Assembly: GCA_041662125.1 (NCBI GenBank)
Contig: JBAZTA010000002.1
Location: 204,154 to 268,153, forward strand
Direction: 5' to 3'
Length of the DNA: 64,000 nucleotides
From: Candidatus Omnitrophota bacterium
GTDB taxonomy: Bacteria > Omnitrophota > Gorgyraeia > Gygaellales > Profunditerraquicolaceae
Positions 7,742-18,567 of this stretch are shown piece by piece (the first letter of the stretch is position 1; every line of letters begins with the position of its first letter). The notes below the pieces were generated by a model. The model ran no database searches. It had not been told where the DNA came from and saw only the letters and a program-made list of their open reading frames with translations. The position numbers were made by a program, and so were the translations under genes.

Positions 7742-9892
7742 ATGGAGAATAGTTTGATCGCTGCCTATATTGCTGAGGATTTGTTGATCGCATTGCCTGC
7801 GGTAAAGAGCACGATAGAGCTTTTTTCGTCAGGGGCGACCGTGCCTTTTATCTCACGGTATCGAAAAGAAAAAACAGGCGGTTTAGATGAGACTCAGGTG
7901 CGCGCGATACAGGTGAAGCTGAGTTATTATACTGAGCTTGAAAAGAGAAAAGAGACGATCCTGAAGACTATCAGCGACCAGGCTAAGCTGACCCCTGAAT
8001 TGGAAAAAGAAATTACAGCCTGCCGCCACATGCAGAAGCTCGAAGACCTCTATCTGCCGTTTAAACCTAAGAGAAGGACCCGTGCGACTATCGCCAAAGA
8101 TAAAGGGCTCCAGCCATTGGCAGATATCATGATGGAGCAGCTTTGCCTCGGCAATAAACAAGAGATCGTGTCAGAATTCTTGAACCCTGAAAAAGGAGTC
8201 AATACCTGTGAAGATGCTTTGGCAGGAGCCTGCGACATCGTTGCTGAAATGATCGCTGATAACGCGCAAGTTCGCAGCCTGCTTCGGGAATATACCTGGA
8301 ACCAGGGGATCCTCATCGCGCGGCCGCATAAAGATTGGGCGGATAAAAAATCAAAGTTTGAAACCTATTATAATTTCTCGGAACCGCTTAAGAAATCGCC
8401 ATCGCATCGGATCCTGGCGATCAGGCGGGGGGCGGCAGAAAATGTTTTGATCTGGAAGATTGAGGTTGAGCAAGATCACGCGCGGGGTTTAATCGAAGAG
8501 ACTGTCATTATAAATAAGGAAGCTTTGTTTTGTTTTGAATTGCGCAAGGCGATAACGGATAGTTACAAGCGGTTGTTGAGCCTTTCCATAGAAACCGAAG
8601 TGTTCTTGATGAAACTCGCAGAGGCTGAGAAAGAAGCTGTCAGTGTATTCGCCAAGAATCTTGAGAATCTGCTTTTATCTTCGCCTGCCGGCCATAAGGT
8701 AATTATGGGGGTTGATCCGGGGTTTCGGACTGGCTGCAAGGTGGTGGTGATAGACCGCAACTCAAATTTTAAAGAATACGCGCAGATATTTCCCCATGCT
8801 TCTGAGGCGCAGGTAACGCAAGCAAAGAAGGTTATCGGTGACTTGATCAAAAAACATGGCGTGGAGATCATTGCGATAGGAAACGGCACTGCTTCAAAAG
8901 AAACCAACGCGTTTATTAATGAGGTGATCAAAGAGGGGAACGCGGCGGTTTTGTGTATTGTTGTCAATGAAGCAGGAGCATCAGTTTATTCGGCTTCAGA
9001 AGCGGCTGTTAAGGAATTCCCTCATCTTGACGTGACCGTCAGGGGGGCGATAAGTATTGCCCGCAGGCTGCAGGACCCGTTGGCAGAATTGGTAAAAATT
9101 GAACCTAAGGCGATAGGGGTAGGTCAGTATCAACATGACGTCAACCAGGCGGAATTAAAAGATTCGTTAGATTATGTGGTTGAGTCTTGTGTAAATTTTG
9201 TCGGGGTGGATTTAAATACTGCATCAGAAGCGCTTTTGTCTTATGCTTCCGGTATTGGGAAAGTTATTGCGCAGAATATTGTCGCCTACCGGGAGGAGCA
9301 TGGTTCGTTTAACGATAAAAATGATCTATTGAAAGTCGCGCGCCTGGGAAACAAGGTTTTTGAGCAGTGCGCCGGTTTTTTGAGGATACCCAATGGGAGT
9401 AACCCGCTGGATAATTCAGCGATCCATCCTGAACGCTATCCTATCGTTGAACAAATGGCGCGCGATCGAAGGATCGATATCCGGGAATTGATCGGTAATG
9501 AAGAAGAGGCCGCAAAGATCGATTGCCGGGCTTATATCCGTGATGACCTGGGGCTTTTGACGCTCAATGATATTGTCAAGGAGCTTCGTAAGCCCGGGCT
9601 TGACCCGCGAAAAGAATTCACCTATTGTTGTTTCAGCGCGCAGATAAACCAGATCGATGACTTAAGCATTGATATGGTGCTTGAGGGGGTTGTTACTAAC
9701 GTAACTAATTTTGGCGCATTTGTGGATATCGGGGTGCATCAAGATGGCCTGATCCATATTTCAAGGTTAAGTGATACCTATGTGAAAAGTCCTTATGATG
9801 TTGTATCGGTCGGGGATACGGTTAAGGTTAAGGTCATATCCATAGATAAGGAATTAAAACGTATCGGCCTTGAACGGATAGTAAAAGCTTAG
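7742..9892 (+). CDS. tex: Tex-like transcription accessory protein (YqgF/RNase H-like, HhH, S1 domains)
   Basis: 716 aa; conserved Tex architecture including C-terminal S1 domain (GVVTNVTNFGAFVDIGVHQDGLIHIS). Confidence 0.9.
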   Translation: MENSLIAAYIAEDLLIALPAVKSTIELFSSGATVPFISRYRKEKTGGLDETQVRAIQVKLSYYTELEKRKETILKTISDQAKLTPELEKEITACRHMQKLEDLYLPFKPKRRTRATIAKDKGLQPLADIMMEQLCLGNKQEIVSEFLNPEKGVNTCEDALAGACDIVAEMIADNAQVRSLLREYTWNQGILIARPHKDWADKKSKFETYYNFSEPLKKSPSHRILAIRRGAAENVLIWKIEVEQDHARGLIEETVIINKEALFCFELRKAITDSYKRLLSLSIETEVFLMKLAEAEKEAVSVFAKNLENLLLSSPAGHKVIMGVDPGFRTGCKVVVIDRNSNFKEYAQIFPHASEAQVTQAKKVIGDLIKKHGVEIIAIGNGTASKETNAFINEVIKEGNAAVLCIVVNEAGASVYSASEAAVKEFPHLDVTVRGAISIARRLQDPLAELVKIEPKAIGVGQYQHDVNQAELKDSLDYVVESCVNFVGVDLNTASEALLSYASGIGKVIAQNIVAYREEHGSFNDKNDLLKVARLGNKVFEQCAGFLRIPNGSNPLDNSAIHPERYPIVEQMARDRRIDIRELIGNEEEAAKIDCRAYIRDDLGLLTLNDIVKELRKPGLDPRKEFTYCCFSAQINQIDDLSIDMVLEGVVTNVTNFGAFVDIGVHQDGLIHISRLSDTYVKSPYDVVSVGDTVKVKVISIDKELKRIGLERIVKA

Positions 9893-10009
9893 CTTATATC
9901 ACGCCCTATAATTTTATTACTGGTAAAAGAGTTTTAGGTTTATAATAGAAAATACCCGGCCTTATAGGAAAGGCCGGTATGCCACTTTCTGTGGTAAAAG
10001 GGGGGGTGT

Positions 10010-10516
10010 ATGAAGACAATACGTGTTTTTATCCTGTTGCTGTTTGCTTTTGCGGCTTGTAGGGGTGTTTCTCTGGGCAAGAATTATGATGCGGTTATTC
10101 AGGATGGGAAGAAAGTTACGCTTGAATATACGGTGACGGTAGAAGGCAAGGTCGTTGATAGTTCAAAGAAACACGGCCCGTTGCGGTATACTCATGGTAA
10201 AGCCTCTGAGATCATTCCCGGCCTGGCCCGTCAGCTCAAAGGTTTGCGCGCCGGTGATTCTAAAACCATTATCGTTACGCCTCAGGAAGGTTATGGTGAA
10301 ATAAATCCGAAAGCATTTAAGCAGATCGATCGTAAGAATTTACCGAAGGCGTTAGAAGTAAAGCTTGATAAATATATCCAGATTAAAAGATCTGACGGGA
10401 AGATCATTTCTGCCCGGATCGCGGATATAAAAGATACGTTCGTGGTTTTAGATTATAATCATCCGTTTGCCAGTAAAACCTTATATTTTAAGGTTAAAGT
10501 AGTGTCCGTTAAGTGA
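10010..10516 (+). CDS. FKBP-type peptidyl-prolyl cis-trans isomerase, secreted
   Basis: Signal peptide; VTLEYTVTVEGKVVDSS FKBP motif; strong SD gggggg. Confidence 0.8.
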   Translation: MKTIRVFILLLFAFAACRGVSLGKNYDAVIQDGKKVTLEYTVTVEGKVVDSSKKHGPLRYTHGKASEIIPGLARQLKGLRAGDSKTIIVTPQEGYGEINPKAFKQIDRKNLPKALEVKLDKYIQIKRSDGKIISARIADIKDTFVVLDYNHPFASKTLYFKVKVVSVK

Positions 10517-11364
10517 GGATAGTTGGCAAAGTAGTGTTTATTATTTTTATGGTTCTTTCCTTGTTGGTGGCGGCTTCTGCTGAAGAGCAGCCATCGCCAA
10601 GCCCTGCGTTGTATCAGAAAGGCATTACTTTTGCAGCTGAGGGTAAATTTAGAGAAGCGCAGGAAGAATTTAAGAAAGCCTTGGAAGTCAAAAAAAACGA
10701 TTCAACGTCTTTGAGTTCATTAAAAGTCCTGCGTGACTTTGAGGAAGGAACGATAAATAAAGACTTTACGCTTTTATTCTTTAAAGGGATCGATTTGTTA
10801 GTGCAAAACCAGCCTCAGCAAGCCATCACGGAATTGCAGAAAGCGCTTTTGATCAAACAGGATTATGTCAGGATCTACAATATCCTGGGCATGGCATATG
10901 CTTCCAGCGGTAATTCAGAGCAGGCACTCACTCATTTTAAAAAAGCGTTACAAATAAATCCATCCTATACCGACGCGATCTATAACCTGGCTTCTTACTA
11001 TGCGTCCCTGGAAAACTACCAGCAGGCACTCGAATGTTATCAGATAATCATCGCTCTTGATCCTGATTCCGCTGATGCTTATGCTAATATTGCCGCGGCA
11101 TACGCTGCACTTGATCAATACCCCCAGGGTATCGCGTATTACCAGAAATTAATCGCCCTTAATCCTCAAAACGGCCACGCGTATTATAATTTAGGCTTGG
11201 CTTATTTTATGACTGATGATTTCTTCCGGGCGCGGGAAAGCCTGGTGTCTGCTCAAAAAATATTTCAACAAAAGAATGATCAAGAGAATGTAGCGGTTGC
11301 AGAGGCGTATCTTGAGAAATTGAAGCAGTTTGAAAATAAATGGGGTTCTCCCGGAGGCAGTTGA
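10513..11364 (+). CDS. TPR-repeat protein, secreted
   Basis: Signal peptide; repeated AxxYYNLGxAY / ALxxNP TPR units. Confidence 0.75.
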   Translation: MRIVGKVVFIIFMVLSLLVAASAEEQPSPSPALYQKGITFAAEGKFREAQEEFKKALEVKKNDSTSLSSLKVLRDFEEGTINKDFTLLFFKGIDLLVQNQPQQAITELQKALLIKQDYVRIYNILGMAYASSGNSEQALTHFKKALQINPSYTDAIYNLASYYASLENYQQALECYQIIIALDPDSADAYANIAAAYAALDQYPQGIAYYQKLIALNPQNGHAYYNLGLAYFMTDDFFRARESLVSAQKIFQQKNDQENVAVAEAYLEKLKQFENKWGSPGGS

Positions 11365-11806
11365 TATGGATACACAGGAACGGTTGAAATTAAAGAAGCG
11401 CTATGAAGTGCTTCCTGATGAAGCATTGTTGGAGATGATCGCGGAAGGCAAGGACGCGTATTCACCCGGAGCATTTGAGCTGCTTGTGGAAGAAAAGGAA
11501 AAACGGGGGATCGCGGAAAGCCATCTTGTACAGCCATCAGTTACCTGCGAGTCAGGAGAAGATGAAGTTCAATCAGAAGAGTTGCCCTCTGAGCAGTATA
11601 TTGCTTTGGCGATCATTGTAGAGTATAAAGATTACGAATATGCCGTTTCATTGCTTAAGAATTCAGATGTTCTTTATTCTTTTGAGAAATTAAGCCTTAA
11701 GGGGGCACAGTTCCCTGTTTCATTGATTGTCCAGGAGAAAGCGGTAAAGAAAGCAATTGCGCTGCTTCAAGGGTTTAAACCTGCCGGCGGCATGGTTTTC
11801 TGGTAA
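11365..11806 (+). CDS. hypothetical acidic protein
   Basis: ORF with GGAGG SD 8 nt upstream of ATG 11365; no recognised motif. Confidence 0.45.
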
Positions 11807-11823
11807 ACGGATAAAAATAAGCT

Positions 11824-12123
11824 ATGAAAAAAGAAGAAATAGTCTCATGCCTTTTTGAGAAGAACGGCTTGAGGATCGAACGTATCATCTCAGAAGGGCA
11901 GTTGACACCTGCGGGTGAGTGGCTTGTACAGAAAAGCCTGGAATGGGTTATGGTATTGTCAGGATCTGCTCGATTGCTTTTAGCAGGAGAGAAAAGGGCA
12001 CGCCTCTTGCGTCCGGGAGATCATGTGCTTATTCCTGCGGGGAAGCGTCATCGGGTCACCTGGACAGATACAAAGGGAAAAACTGTCTGGCTGGCAGTGC
12101 ATTATCGCCCTATTAAGAAATAG
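11824..12123 (+). CDS. cupin-domain protein
   Basis: ~100 aa, two-motif cupin-like pattern (WVMVLSG...GDHVLIPAGKRHRV). Confidence 0.55.
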   Translation: MKKEEIVSCLFEKNGLRIERIISEGQLTPAGEWLVQKSLEWVMVLSGSARLLLAGEKRARLLRPGDHVLIPAGKRHRVTWTDTKGKTVWLAVHYRPIKK

Positions 12124-12871
12124 TTTTTTTCTTAAAGCAGGCTGTCCGCACTTTTTCTGTAAAATCTTCTTGAGCAAACGTAGCGTATGCTAATGATGTC
12201 AGGTCAAGTTCGAGTATGCGCGTTGAAGCGTTGCGTATCAGTGCCGATAATCGTTGGTCGAGGTTGTTAAGATAGCTTGTGTCGATGATGATGATATCGG
12301 GTGATGTTGTTTTTGTCCTTTGGAAGAATTCCCTGGAGTCCCGCGCGTTTTCAAGTTCATATAAGTGCCCATCGAGTGTTAAGGGGCTTACGTGAACTTT
12401 GAGAGCTTCGAATGTTTCTGTCGAGATCCCCACAAAAAGAAGTTTGGAGTTGTTTAACTTGAACGGCTCGCGCGGTGCCGCAACTCCTGTGGCGCGATCA
12501 CCTTTGTCATTGAGAATTTTTATTAATGAAGTATGGACTTCATCCGGTTTTAGCGGTTTTACAAATAAGGCATCAACCTCTAATGCGTCCTCGAGGGTTT
12601 CTCCTTCGTAGGGGTAAGCGGTGATAATCATAATTTTAGTTTTTGGATACCGGTTTCTTATCATCGCGGCGAGCTCTGAACCTTTCATCTGCGGCATAAC
12701 AATATCCAAAAGCACTGCCTCAACGCTTTTATGTGAGAGGAAAGTTAATGCGTCCTTGCCGTTTGCAGCGCAGTTTACCTCATAGCCTTTTTTCCCCAGA
12801 TAGCCGGTGAGCGTTTCCCTGATATCGATCTCATCGTCGACAATAAGAATTTTAGGTTTTAATCCCAGCAT
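12113..12871 (-). CDS. response regulator (N-terminal CheY-like receiver, C-terminal uncharacterised domain)
   Basis: KILIVDDE...D...LLDIVMP...K receiver motifs; start chosen at MLGLK with AAGGAG SD (longer ORF to 12940 abuts repeat). Confidence 0.75.
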   Translation of the reverse strand: MLGLKPKILIVDDEIDIRETLTGYLGKKGYEVNCAANGKDALTFLSHKSVEAVLLDIVMPQMKGSELAAMIRNRYPKTKIMIITAYPYEGETLEDALEVDALFVKPLKPDEVHTSLIKILNDKGDRATGVAAPREPFKLNNSKLLFVGISTETFEALKVHVSPLTLDGHLYELENARDSREFFQRTKTTSPDIIIIDTSYLNNLDQRLSALIRNASTRILELDLTSLAYATFAQEDFTEKVRTACFKKKTIS

Positions 12872-12950
12872 CACAAACTCCTTGTTTTGCATAATGCTAT
12901 ACACTATAAGTATGCCATTTTTCCCCTCAAGTAGCCACACTTCTGTGGAT

Positions 12951-13074
12951 CAAGACCGGGTCTTAGAAAGAGATATGATACACCCGGGCATATCGGAATG
13001 CCCGGTGTGCCGCTTTCTGCGGCAGACCCGGTCTTGGCTGGTATTAAAAACTGCTTGTTAAGACCGGGTCTTAT
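12951..13074. repeat. cluster of three copies of 13-bp palindrome AAGACC(S)GGTCTT plus hairpin/CTTTCTGCGGC element
   Basis: Exact palindromes at 12951-12963, 13024-13035, 13062-13074; family-B element 12983-13023 between. Confidence 0.75.
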
Positions 13075-13157
13075 TGCTTAGGAAATCATGCTTAAATAAT
13101 GCTTTTATCTTAGAGATAATTAAGGTATAATTCTTACCATCAAAAAGGAGAGTTTCT

Positions 13158-13838
13158 GTGGGCGTATTCGATAAGGTGCGGTTTAAGAAGTTGCGTTTGT
13201 GGATCCTTTGGCCGTATTGTATTGTTTTTTTATTTTTCGCTGCGACAAGAGGCCTCTATTTACAGTATGGGATCCCGGTTATTATCCTGGGGATAGTTAT
13301 CAGGTTATGGGCTTCAGGGTACATCGAGAAATCGCGCAAACTGGCTATTTGCGGCCCGTATGCTTTTGTGAGGAATCCGCTCTATGTCGGCAATTTCCTT
13401 TTGGGAGCAGGGTTTTCCTTGTTTGCGTATAACCCTTTCCTGTTAAGTTATTATATCGGCGCGTTTTTGTTCATGTATTATTTTACGATCAAGAAAGAAG
13501 AAGAGGTGCTTTTAGAGAAGTTCGGGAAAGATTTTCAGCAGTATAAAAAAGAAGTCCCTGCATTTTTGCCTCGTTTAACGCCGTACCGTTTCGCTGAAAA
13601 AAGAAAATTTAACTTCAGCCTCTCGGTGAAAAACGGCGAATGGATACGGGTTTACGGCGTGCTGATATTGCTTGCGGTGATTTATTTTAGAGATGAATTC
13701 TTTCTGGAAAAGCGCGCACTTCAGGCGCATCATGTGGTTTTGATGGTAATAACCCTGGTTTTAATGGTGGGGGTGTTTTGGAACATTAAGATCAGGCGTG
13801 CCATTGACCGGAAAGAATCTCAGGCGAACCACCGGTAA
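13158..13838 (+). CDS. isoprenylcysteine carboxyl methyltransferase / phospholipid methyltransferase family membrane protein
   Basis: GPYxxVRNPxYxG ... EEExL motif typical of ICMT/PEMT family; multiple TM helices; GTG start with GGAGAG SD. Confidence 0.7.
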   Translation: MGVFDKVRFKKLRLWILWPYCIVFLFFAATRGLYLQYGIPVIILGIVIRLWASGYIEKSRKLAICGPYAFVRNPLYVGNFLLGAGFSLFAYNPFLLSYYIGAFLFMYYFTIKKEEEVLLEKFGKDFQQYKKEVPAFLPRLTPYRFAEKRKFNFSLSVKNGEWIRVYGVLILLAVIYFRDEFFLEKRALQAHHVVLMVITLVLMVGVFWNIKIRRAIDRKESQANHR

Positions 13839-13966
13839 ACCTTCCCTTTGGTATTCAAACTGCTTATAAAATCCTTGAAAAGCTGCCTTTCCTTTGTTAC
13901 AATGATTCCCATGAGTAATCCCTGTTTTTTTAATCCATCCATGCTTAAATCCGGTATATAAAGAAC

Positions 13967-15472
13967 ATGAATGTTATTAAGATCTTAGAGGCTAAAGCAA
14001 AAACGTATCCTGATAAGCCCGCGTTTATATTCAGGGATAAAGCTGTTACGTTCCTGCAATTGCGCGATTTTGTGTTCAGGATCGCCCAAAGCTTGTATGG
14101 GATGGAGCAGTTTGAGATCAAAAGAGGCGACAAGGTAGCGATTTATCTGCCTAATATGCCGGAATATGTGTATAGTTATCTGGCAATTTGGTGTTGCGGC
14201 GCCACCGCCGTACCTTTGGATTTTATGTTGACGCAAGAAGAGGTCATTTCGTGTGTTTCTCATTCCGAAGCAAAGTTTTTGATCGCAAAAACCAAAGATA
14301 ATATTTCTTTTTCCGCGATTAAAGATAAGTGCCCTCGTTTGAAGGAAATTGTGGTTTGCCATGAGAAGATACGGGGATGTTTATCGTTAGAGGAATTGAT
14401 CCATCGGGGTTCTAAAGAGACGCCGCAAACCAATAACCATGAGAATGATTATGCCATAATCTTTTATACATCAGGCACAACCGGTAAACCAAAAGGGGTT
14501 TTGGTCAATTACCTGCAGTTGGGGATCCCGCCGGAATCGATGGAGCATTTTGTTGATTTAAACCACGATGATGTTACGCTCTGCTCCTTGCCGTTTTCTC
14601 ATTTAGGAGGTTTAATATATATTCAAAACTGTATTTTCTTTGCTATTTCGGTAGTTTTAATGGAACGGTTTACCCCCCTTGAGTTTTTAAAGAATATTGA
14701 GCAGTATAAGGTGAGCTGTTTTTGGATCGTTCCTTCAATGTATTACGCGATCCTGCAGGTAAAAGAATTTGAGAAATTTAACCTTTCCAGTTTACGCTGG
14801 ATCGTTACGTTTGGGGCTTCCAGTTCCCCGGAAGCCTTGAGGAAATTTCATGCCCATTGCCCGCAGGCCGAACTGTTGAATGGCTGGGGCATGACGGAAA
14901 CCAATGCCCCGACTACGGTTTTGCCCCGCGGTTCCCATAAGATAGAAAGTGTGGGAAGGTCGGCGCCGTGGGCGGAGATCAAAATATTTGATACTGATGA
15001 CCGTTCGCTTCCCCGCGGGGAAGTAGGAGAGATCGTTGTGCGCGGGTGGATGGTGACTGACGGTTATTATAAGGATGAGGAGGCGACGCGGGAAGCGTTT
15101 CGCTACGGCTGGTTTCATACGGGCGACTTGGGGAAGTTTGATGCTGATGGAGACTTGTATATCGTCGGCCGTAAGAAAGAAATGATCAAAGTCGCCGGTG
15201 AAATTGTTTTTGAGCCGGAGGTGGAAGCGGCTATTTTGAAGCATCCTGATGTTGCCGAGGCTGCGGTTGTGGGGGTCCCCGATAGATTGCGCGGTGAAGT
15301 CCCAAAGGCTTTTGTTGTGGTCAAAGAAGGCAAATCAATTTCTGAAGAAGATCTCCGTTATTTTCTACGCGAATACCTGGCGCATTATAAAATCCCTCAT
15401 GAGTGTGAATTTAGGGCGTCTCTCCCGAAAAACAGTGCCGGTAAGATAGATAAAGTATCACTCCGTTTATAA
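13967..15472 (+). CDS. AMP-dependent acyl-CoA synthetase/ligase (ANL superfamily)
   Basis: YTSGTTGKPKGV AMP-binding motif; TGD motif; 501 aa. Confidence 0.85.
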   Translation: MNVIKILEAKAKTYPDKPAFIFRDKAVTFLQLRDFVFRIAQSLYGMEQFEIKRGDKVAIYLPNMPEYVYSYLAIWCCGATAVPLDFMLTQEEVISCVSHSEAKFLIAKTKDNISFSAIKDKCPRLKEIVVCHEKIRGCLSLEELIHRGSKETPQTNNHENDYAIIFYTSGTTGKPKGVLVNYLQLGIPPESMEHFVDLNHDDVTLCSLPFSHLGGLIYIQNCIFFAISVVLMERFTPLEFLKNIEQYKVSCFWIVPSMYYAILQVKEFEKFNLSSLRWIVTFGASSSPEALRKFHAHCPQAELLNGWGMTETNAPTTVLPRGSHKIESVGRSAPWAEIKIFDTDDRSLPRGEVGEIVVRGWMVTDGYYKDEEATREAFRYGWFHTGDLGKFDADGDLYIVGRKKEMIKVAGEIVFEPEVEAAILKHPDVAEAAVVGVPDRLRGEVPKAFVVVKEGKSISEEDLRYFLREYLAHYKIPHECEFRASLPKNSAGKIDKVSLRL

Positions 15473-15508
15473 CCCTGTTTGAAATAATCATTTGTATTAA
15501 AAGGGATC

Positions 15509-16813
15509 ATGATAAAAAAGCCTTTAAAGAGCGGCGGCAAGGTTCATAGGAGCCTGAAAGTTTCTTTATTCGACGGTATTTTCGCATCTTGCATGACGGG
15601 ATTGACCGCGGATTATATTACTCCGTATGCCCTGGCGCTCAAAGCTCAGGTGTTTCAGATCGGTATGTTAACCGCTCTGCCTAATCTTATTTCTTCCCTC
15701 GTGCAGTTAAAATCAGCAGACCTCGCGGAGAAGGCCGGCAGCAGGAAAAAGGTGATCGTGGGGTTTGTTTTTCTGCATGTGCTTATGGGCATTCCGATCA
15801 TTCTTGTCCCGTATATTTTTAAAGGCTATGAAGTCGCAGCGTTAATAGTCTGTATAACTTTGTTTGCCAGCTTTAACGCGATTGCCGCGCCTGTCTGGCA
15901 GGGCCTTATGTCGGATTACCTGCCGTATCGCAAACGGGGGAGATATTTTGGCTGGCGCAATAAGATCACGGGCGTTATTACGATCTGTTGTGTTTTTATC
16001 GCCGGTTTTATCCTTCAAATATTCCGCGCGGATGTTTTACGGGGATTTTTGATCATTTTAAGCCTTGCGTTCATTTGCCGGTTCATATCCTGGTGTTTCC
16101 TGATCCGGATGTATGAACCAAAGATGCGGCACAGCCCTGAGGCGTATTTCAGTTTTTTTGATTTTGTTAAACGGGCGAAACAATCGAATTTCGTAAAATT
16201 TGTTTTTTTAGTGGCATGCATGAATTTTACGGTAAGCCTTGCGTCTCCTTTTTTTTCCGTCTTTATGCTCAGGGACCTGAAATTGAGCTATTTGACGTAT
16301 ACGATATTAGTCGGTATGGTTTCCATCGCGTCCATTTTGACCATTGGCCGCTGGGGTAAAAGCGCGGACAGGTTTGGTAATTTGAAGATCATTCGTTTAA
16401 CTGCTTTATTGATCGCTCTTGTTCCATTTCTTTGGATTTTGAACCACCACGCTGTTTATATTGGGTTAGTGCAGGCATTCGCGGGTTTTGCCTGGGCGGG
16501 GTTTAACTTGTGCGCGATTAATTTTATTTATGATGCCGCTACCCCGGAAAAACGTACCCGGTGTATTTCATATTTTAATGTTTTTAACGGTATTGCCTTA
16601 TGCCTTGGGCCGCTTATGGGAAGTTATCTGGCGCGCCATCTGCCGAATATATTCGGGTTTCGGTTGTTAAGTTTATTTTTCTTATCAGGAGTGTTGCGGT
16701 TGGTTGCGGTACTCTTTATTTCGCGCACCATTAAGGAAGTTAGAGGGACAGAACATATCGCTTCCCGCGATTTGCTGTATAATGTTATCGGTATTAAACC
16801 TGTTTTGGACTGA
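15509..16813 (+). CDS. MFS-type transporter
   Basis: ~12 predicted TM helices, GRxxDRxGxR-like loop (GRWGKSADRFG). Confidence 0.7.
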   Translation: MIKKPLKSGGKVHRSLKVSLFDGIFASCMTGLTADYITPYALALKAQVFQIGMLTALPNLISSLVQLKSADLAEKAGSRKKVIVGFVFLHVLMGIPIILVPYIFKGYEVAALIVCITLFASFNAIAAPVWQGLMSDYLPYRKRGRYFGWRNKITGVITICCVFIAGFILQIFRADVLRGFLIILSLAFICRFISWCFLIRMYEPKMRHSPEAYFSFFDFVKRAKQSNFVKFVFLVACMNFTVSLASPFFSVFMLRDLKLSYLTYTILVGMVSIASILTIGRWGKSADRFGNLKIIRLTALLIALVPFLWILNHHAVYIGLVQAFAGFAWAGFNLCAINFIYDAATPEKRTRCISYFNVFNGIALCLGPLMGSYLARHLPNIFGFRLLSLFFLSGVLRLVAVLFISRTIKEVRGTEHIASRDLLYNVIGIKPVLD

Positions 16814-16860
16814 GCCAAGACCGTGAAGCTGTTGGAACGGGTTCTGAAGTAGCGGGGTAG

Positions 16861-17901
16861 GTGGGCTATATGCTTAAGAATATTAAAGAATTAAGTTTGC
16901 AGGAGCTCCAGCAGGTTTTAAAAAGCTGGGGGCTGCCTGGTTTTCACGCGCGACAGGTATTTTCCTGGATTTATCAGAAGGGCGCAGGTGATTTTGATGC
17001 CATGAGCAACCTGCCGCTTGAGCTGCGTAAATTATTAAAAGAAAATTTCTCGCTTTTTGAGTTTGAGGTAAAAGAGGTGCGTACTTCCCGGGATGGGACT
17101 AAAAAGTACCTTTTTTTATTGCCTGATAAAAACGGTATTGAGGCGGTCAGTATCCCCGCGGAAGAACGCTTGACCGGCTGTGTCTCCAGCCAGGTGGGCT
17201 GTAGGTATTCCTGTAAGTTCTGCGCCAGCGGTTTAGCAGGTTTTAAGAAAAACCTCACCTGCGGCGAGATCATTGAAGAAGTGGCGCTTCTTAAGAATGA
17301 TTGCGCGCCGGGAAAACTGACCCATCTGGTTTTCATGGGGATCGGAGAGCCGTTGGATAATTATGATAATGTTTTAAAAGCGATCAGGCTTATTAATTCT
17401 CCCGAAGCCTTTAATATCGGGGCGCGCCGGATTACGATTTCTACCTGCGGGATCATCCCGGGTATAAAACGGCTGGAAAAAGAGGGGCTGCAAATAGAGC
17501 TTTCCATTTCTTTGCACGCTGCTGATGATAAGACGCGGTCAACGCTCATGCCGGTAAACAAGATCTATCCGCTCGCTGATTTGATGGTTGCCGCCAGTGA
17601 GTATACCCAGAAGACGAACCGTCAGATCACCTTTGAATACGTTTTGATCAAAAACTTGAATTCTGATTTGCAAAGTGCCATAAAACTAAGTAAAATGATA
17701 CGGGGGTTAAAGAGCAAAGTGAATTTGATCCCCTGTAATTATATCCCTGAGCTGGGGTTGGAACCTCCGGGGAAAATGTCAATTTTATTCTTCAGGGACC
17801 GCCTTATCAAAGCGGGTATTCATGTGACCCTGCGGGCCCCGCGTGGTGATGATATTGATTCTGCCTGCGGGCAACTGAGGTTACAACATGAAAAGAAATA
17901 G
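16861..17901 (+). CDS. rlmN: 23S rRNA m2A2503 methyltransferase RlmN (radical SAM)
   Basis: CxxxCxFCASG cluster (CRYSCKFCASG), QVFxWIY N-terminus, conserved C-terminal Cys. Confidence 0.85.
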   Translation: MGYMLKNIKELSLQELQQVLKSWGLPGFHARQVFSWIYQKGAGDFDAMSNLPLELRKLLKENFSLFEFEVKEVRTSRDGTKKYLFLLPDKNGIEAVSIPAEERLTGCVSSQVGCRYSCKFCASGLAGFKKNLTCGEIIEEVALLKNDCAPGKLTHLVFMGIGEPLDNYDNVLKAIRLINSPEAFNIGARRITISTCGIIPGIKRLEKEGLQIELSISLHAADDKTRSTLMPVNKIYPLADLMVAASEYTQKTNRQITFEYVLIKNLNSDLQSAIKLSKMIRGLKSKVNLIPCNYIPELGLEPPGKMSILFFRDRLIKAGIHVTLRAPRGDDIDSACGQLRLQHEKK

Positions 17902-18556
17902 AGCGTTTTTGCCAGTATTGGTTTTTACTTTTGCAATGGTGTTCTTCTGCGGTTGCGTAGACATCCAGGTTACTAATGTCGATTCAGGGGGAACTAACAT
18001 TATTTGTTTTGGAGACAGCCTGACGATCGGCTATGGGGTGGAGGTGAAATATAGTTATCCGTCGGTGATGGGTAAGCTGGTTCCTCCGGGGGTCCCGGTT
18101 ATTAACGCCGGTATTGAAGGCGACAGGACACAAGAAGCTTTAAAACGTTTTAAAACTGATGTTTTGGAAAAGGAGCCGTTTTTAGTGATCATAGAATTCG
18201 GCGCGAACGATTTTTTCACCAGGGTCCCTTTAACTGATACGCTTAAGAACCTGGAAGAAATGATAAAGACGTTACAGGCAAGGAGAGTTATTGTAGCGTT
18301 GGTTGATATGGGAACTCCTTTTGTTATGGAAGAATACTCGAAACCTTATCGAGCGCTTGCGAAACAATACGGCGCCATTTTTATTCCGCAGGTGTTAGAA
18401 GGTATTATTACTGAACCGTCTCTGAAAAGCGATTTTATGCATCCAAATAGCGCTGGCTATAAAATAATCGGCCACCGTATCTATCGGGCGATCTTGCCGT
18501 ATCTCAGCCGGAACTTGATCTTGAAACGCTTTAAAGCATCTCTCCTTAAAAAATAG
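17888..18556 (+). CDS. SGNH/GDSL-family hydrolase (TesA-like)
   Basis: ICFGDSLTIGYG block I with Ser, GANDF block III, DxxHP block V (MHPNSAG). Confidence 0.8.
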   Translation: MKRNRAFLPVLVFTFAMVFFCGCVDIQVTNVDSGGTNIICFGDSLTIGYGVEVKYSYPSVMGKLVPPGVPVINAGIEGDRTQEALKRFKTDVLEKEPFLVIIEFGANDFFTRVPLTDTLKNLEEMIKTLQARRVIVALVDMGTPFVMEEYSKPYRALAKQYGAIFIPQVLEGIITEPSLKSDFMHPNSAGYKIIGHRIYRAILPYLSRNLILKRFKASLLKK

Positions 18557-18567
18557 CACGATATTTT

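Noticed and set aside
11919-12177. 65-aa ORFs on both strands overlapping cupin gene
   Set aside because: Nested in or antisense to a better-supported gene (11824..12123) with no independent signals.
12807-13061. 84-aa + strand ORF
   Set aside because: Spans response-regulator start and the repeat cluster; translation of repeats (QDRVLERD...); rejected.
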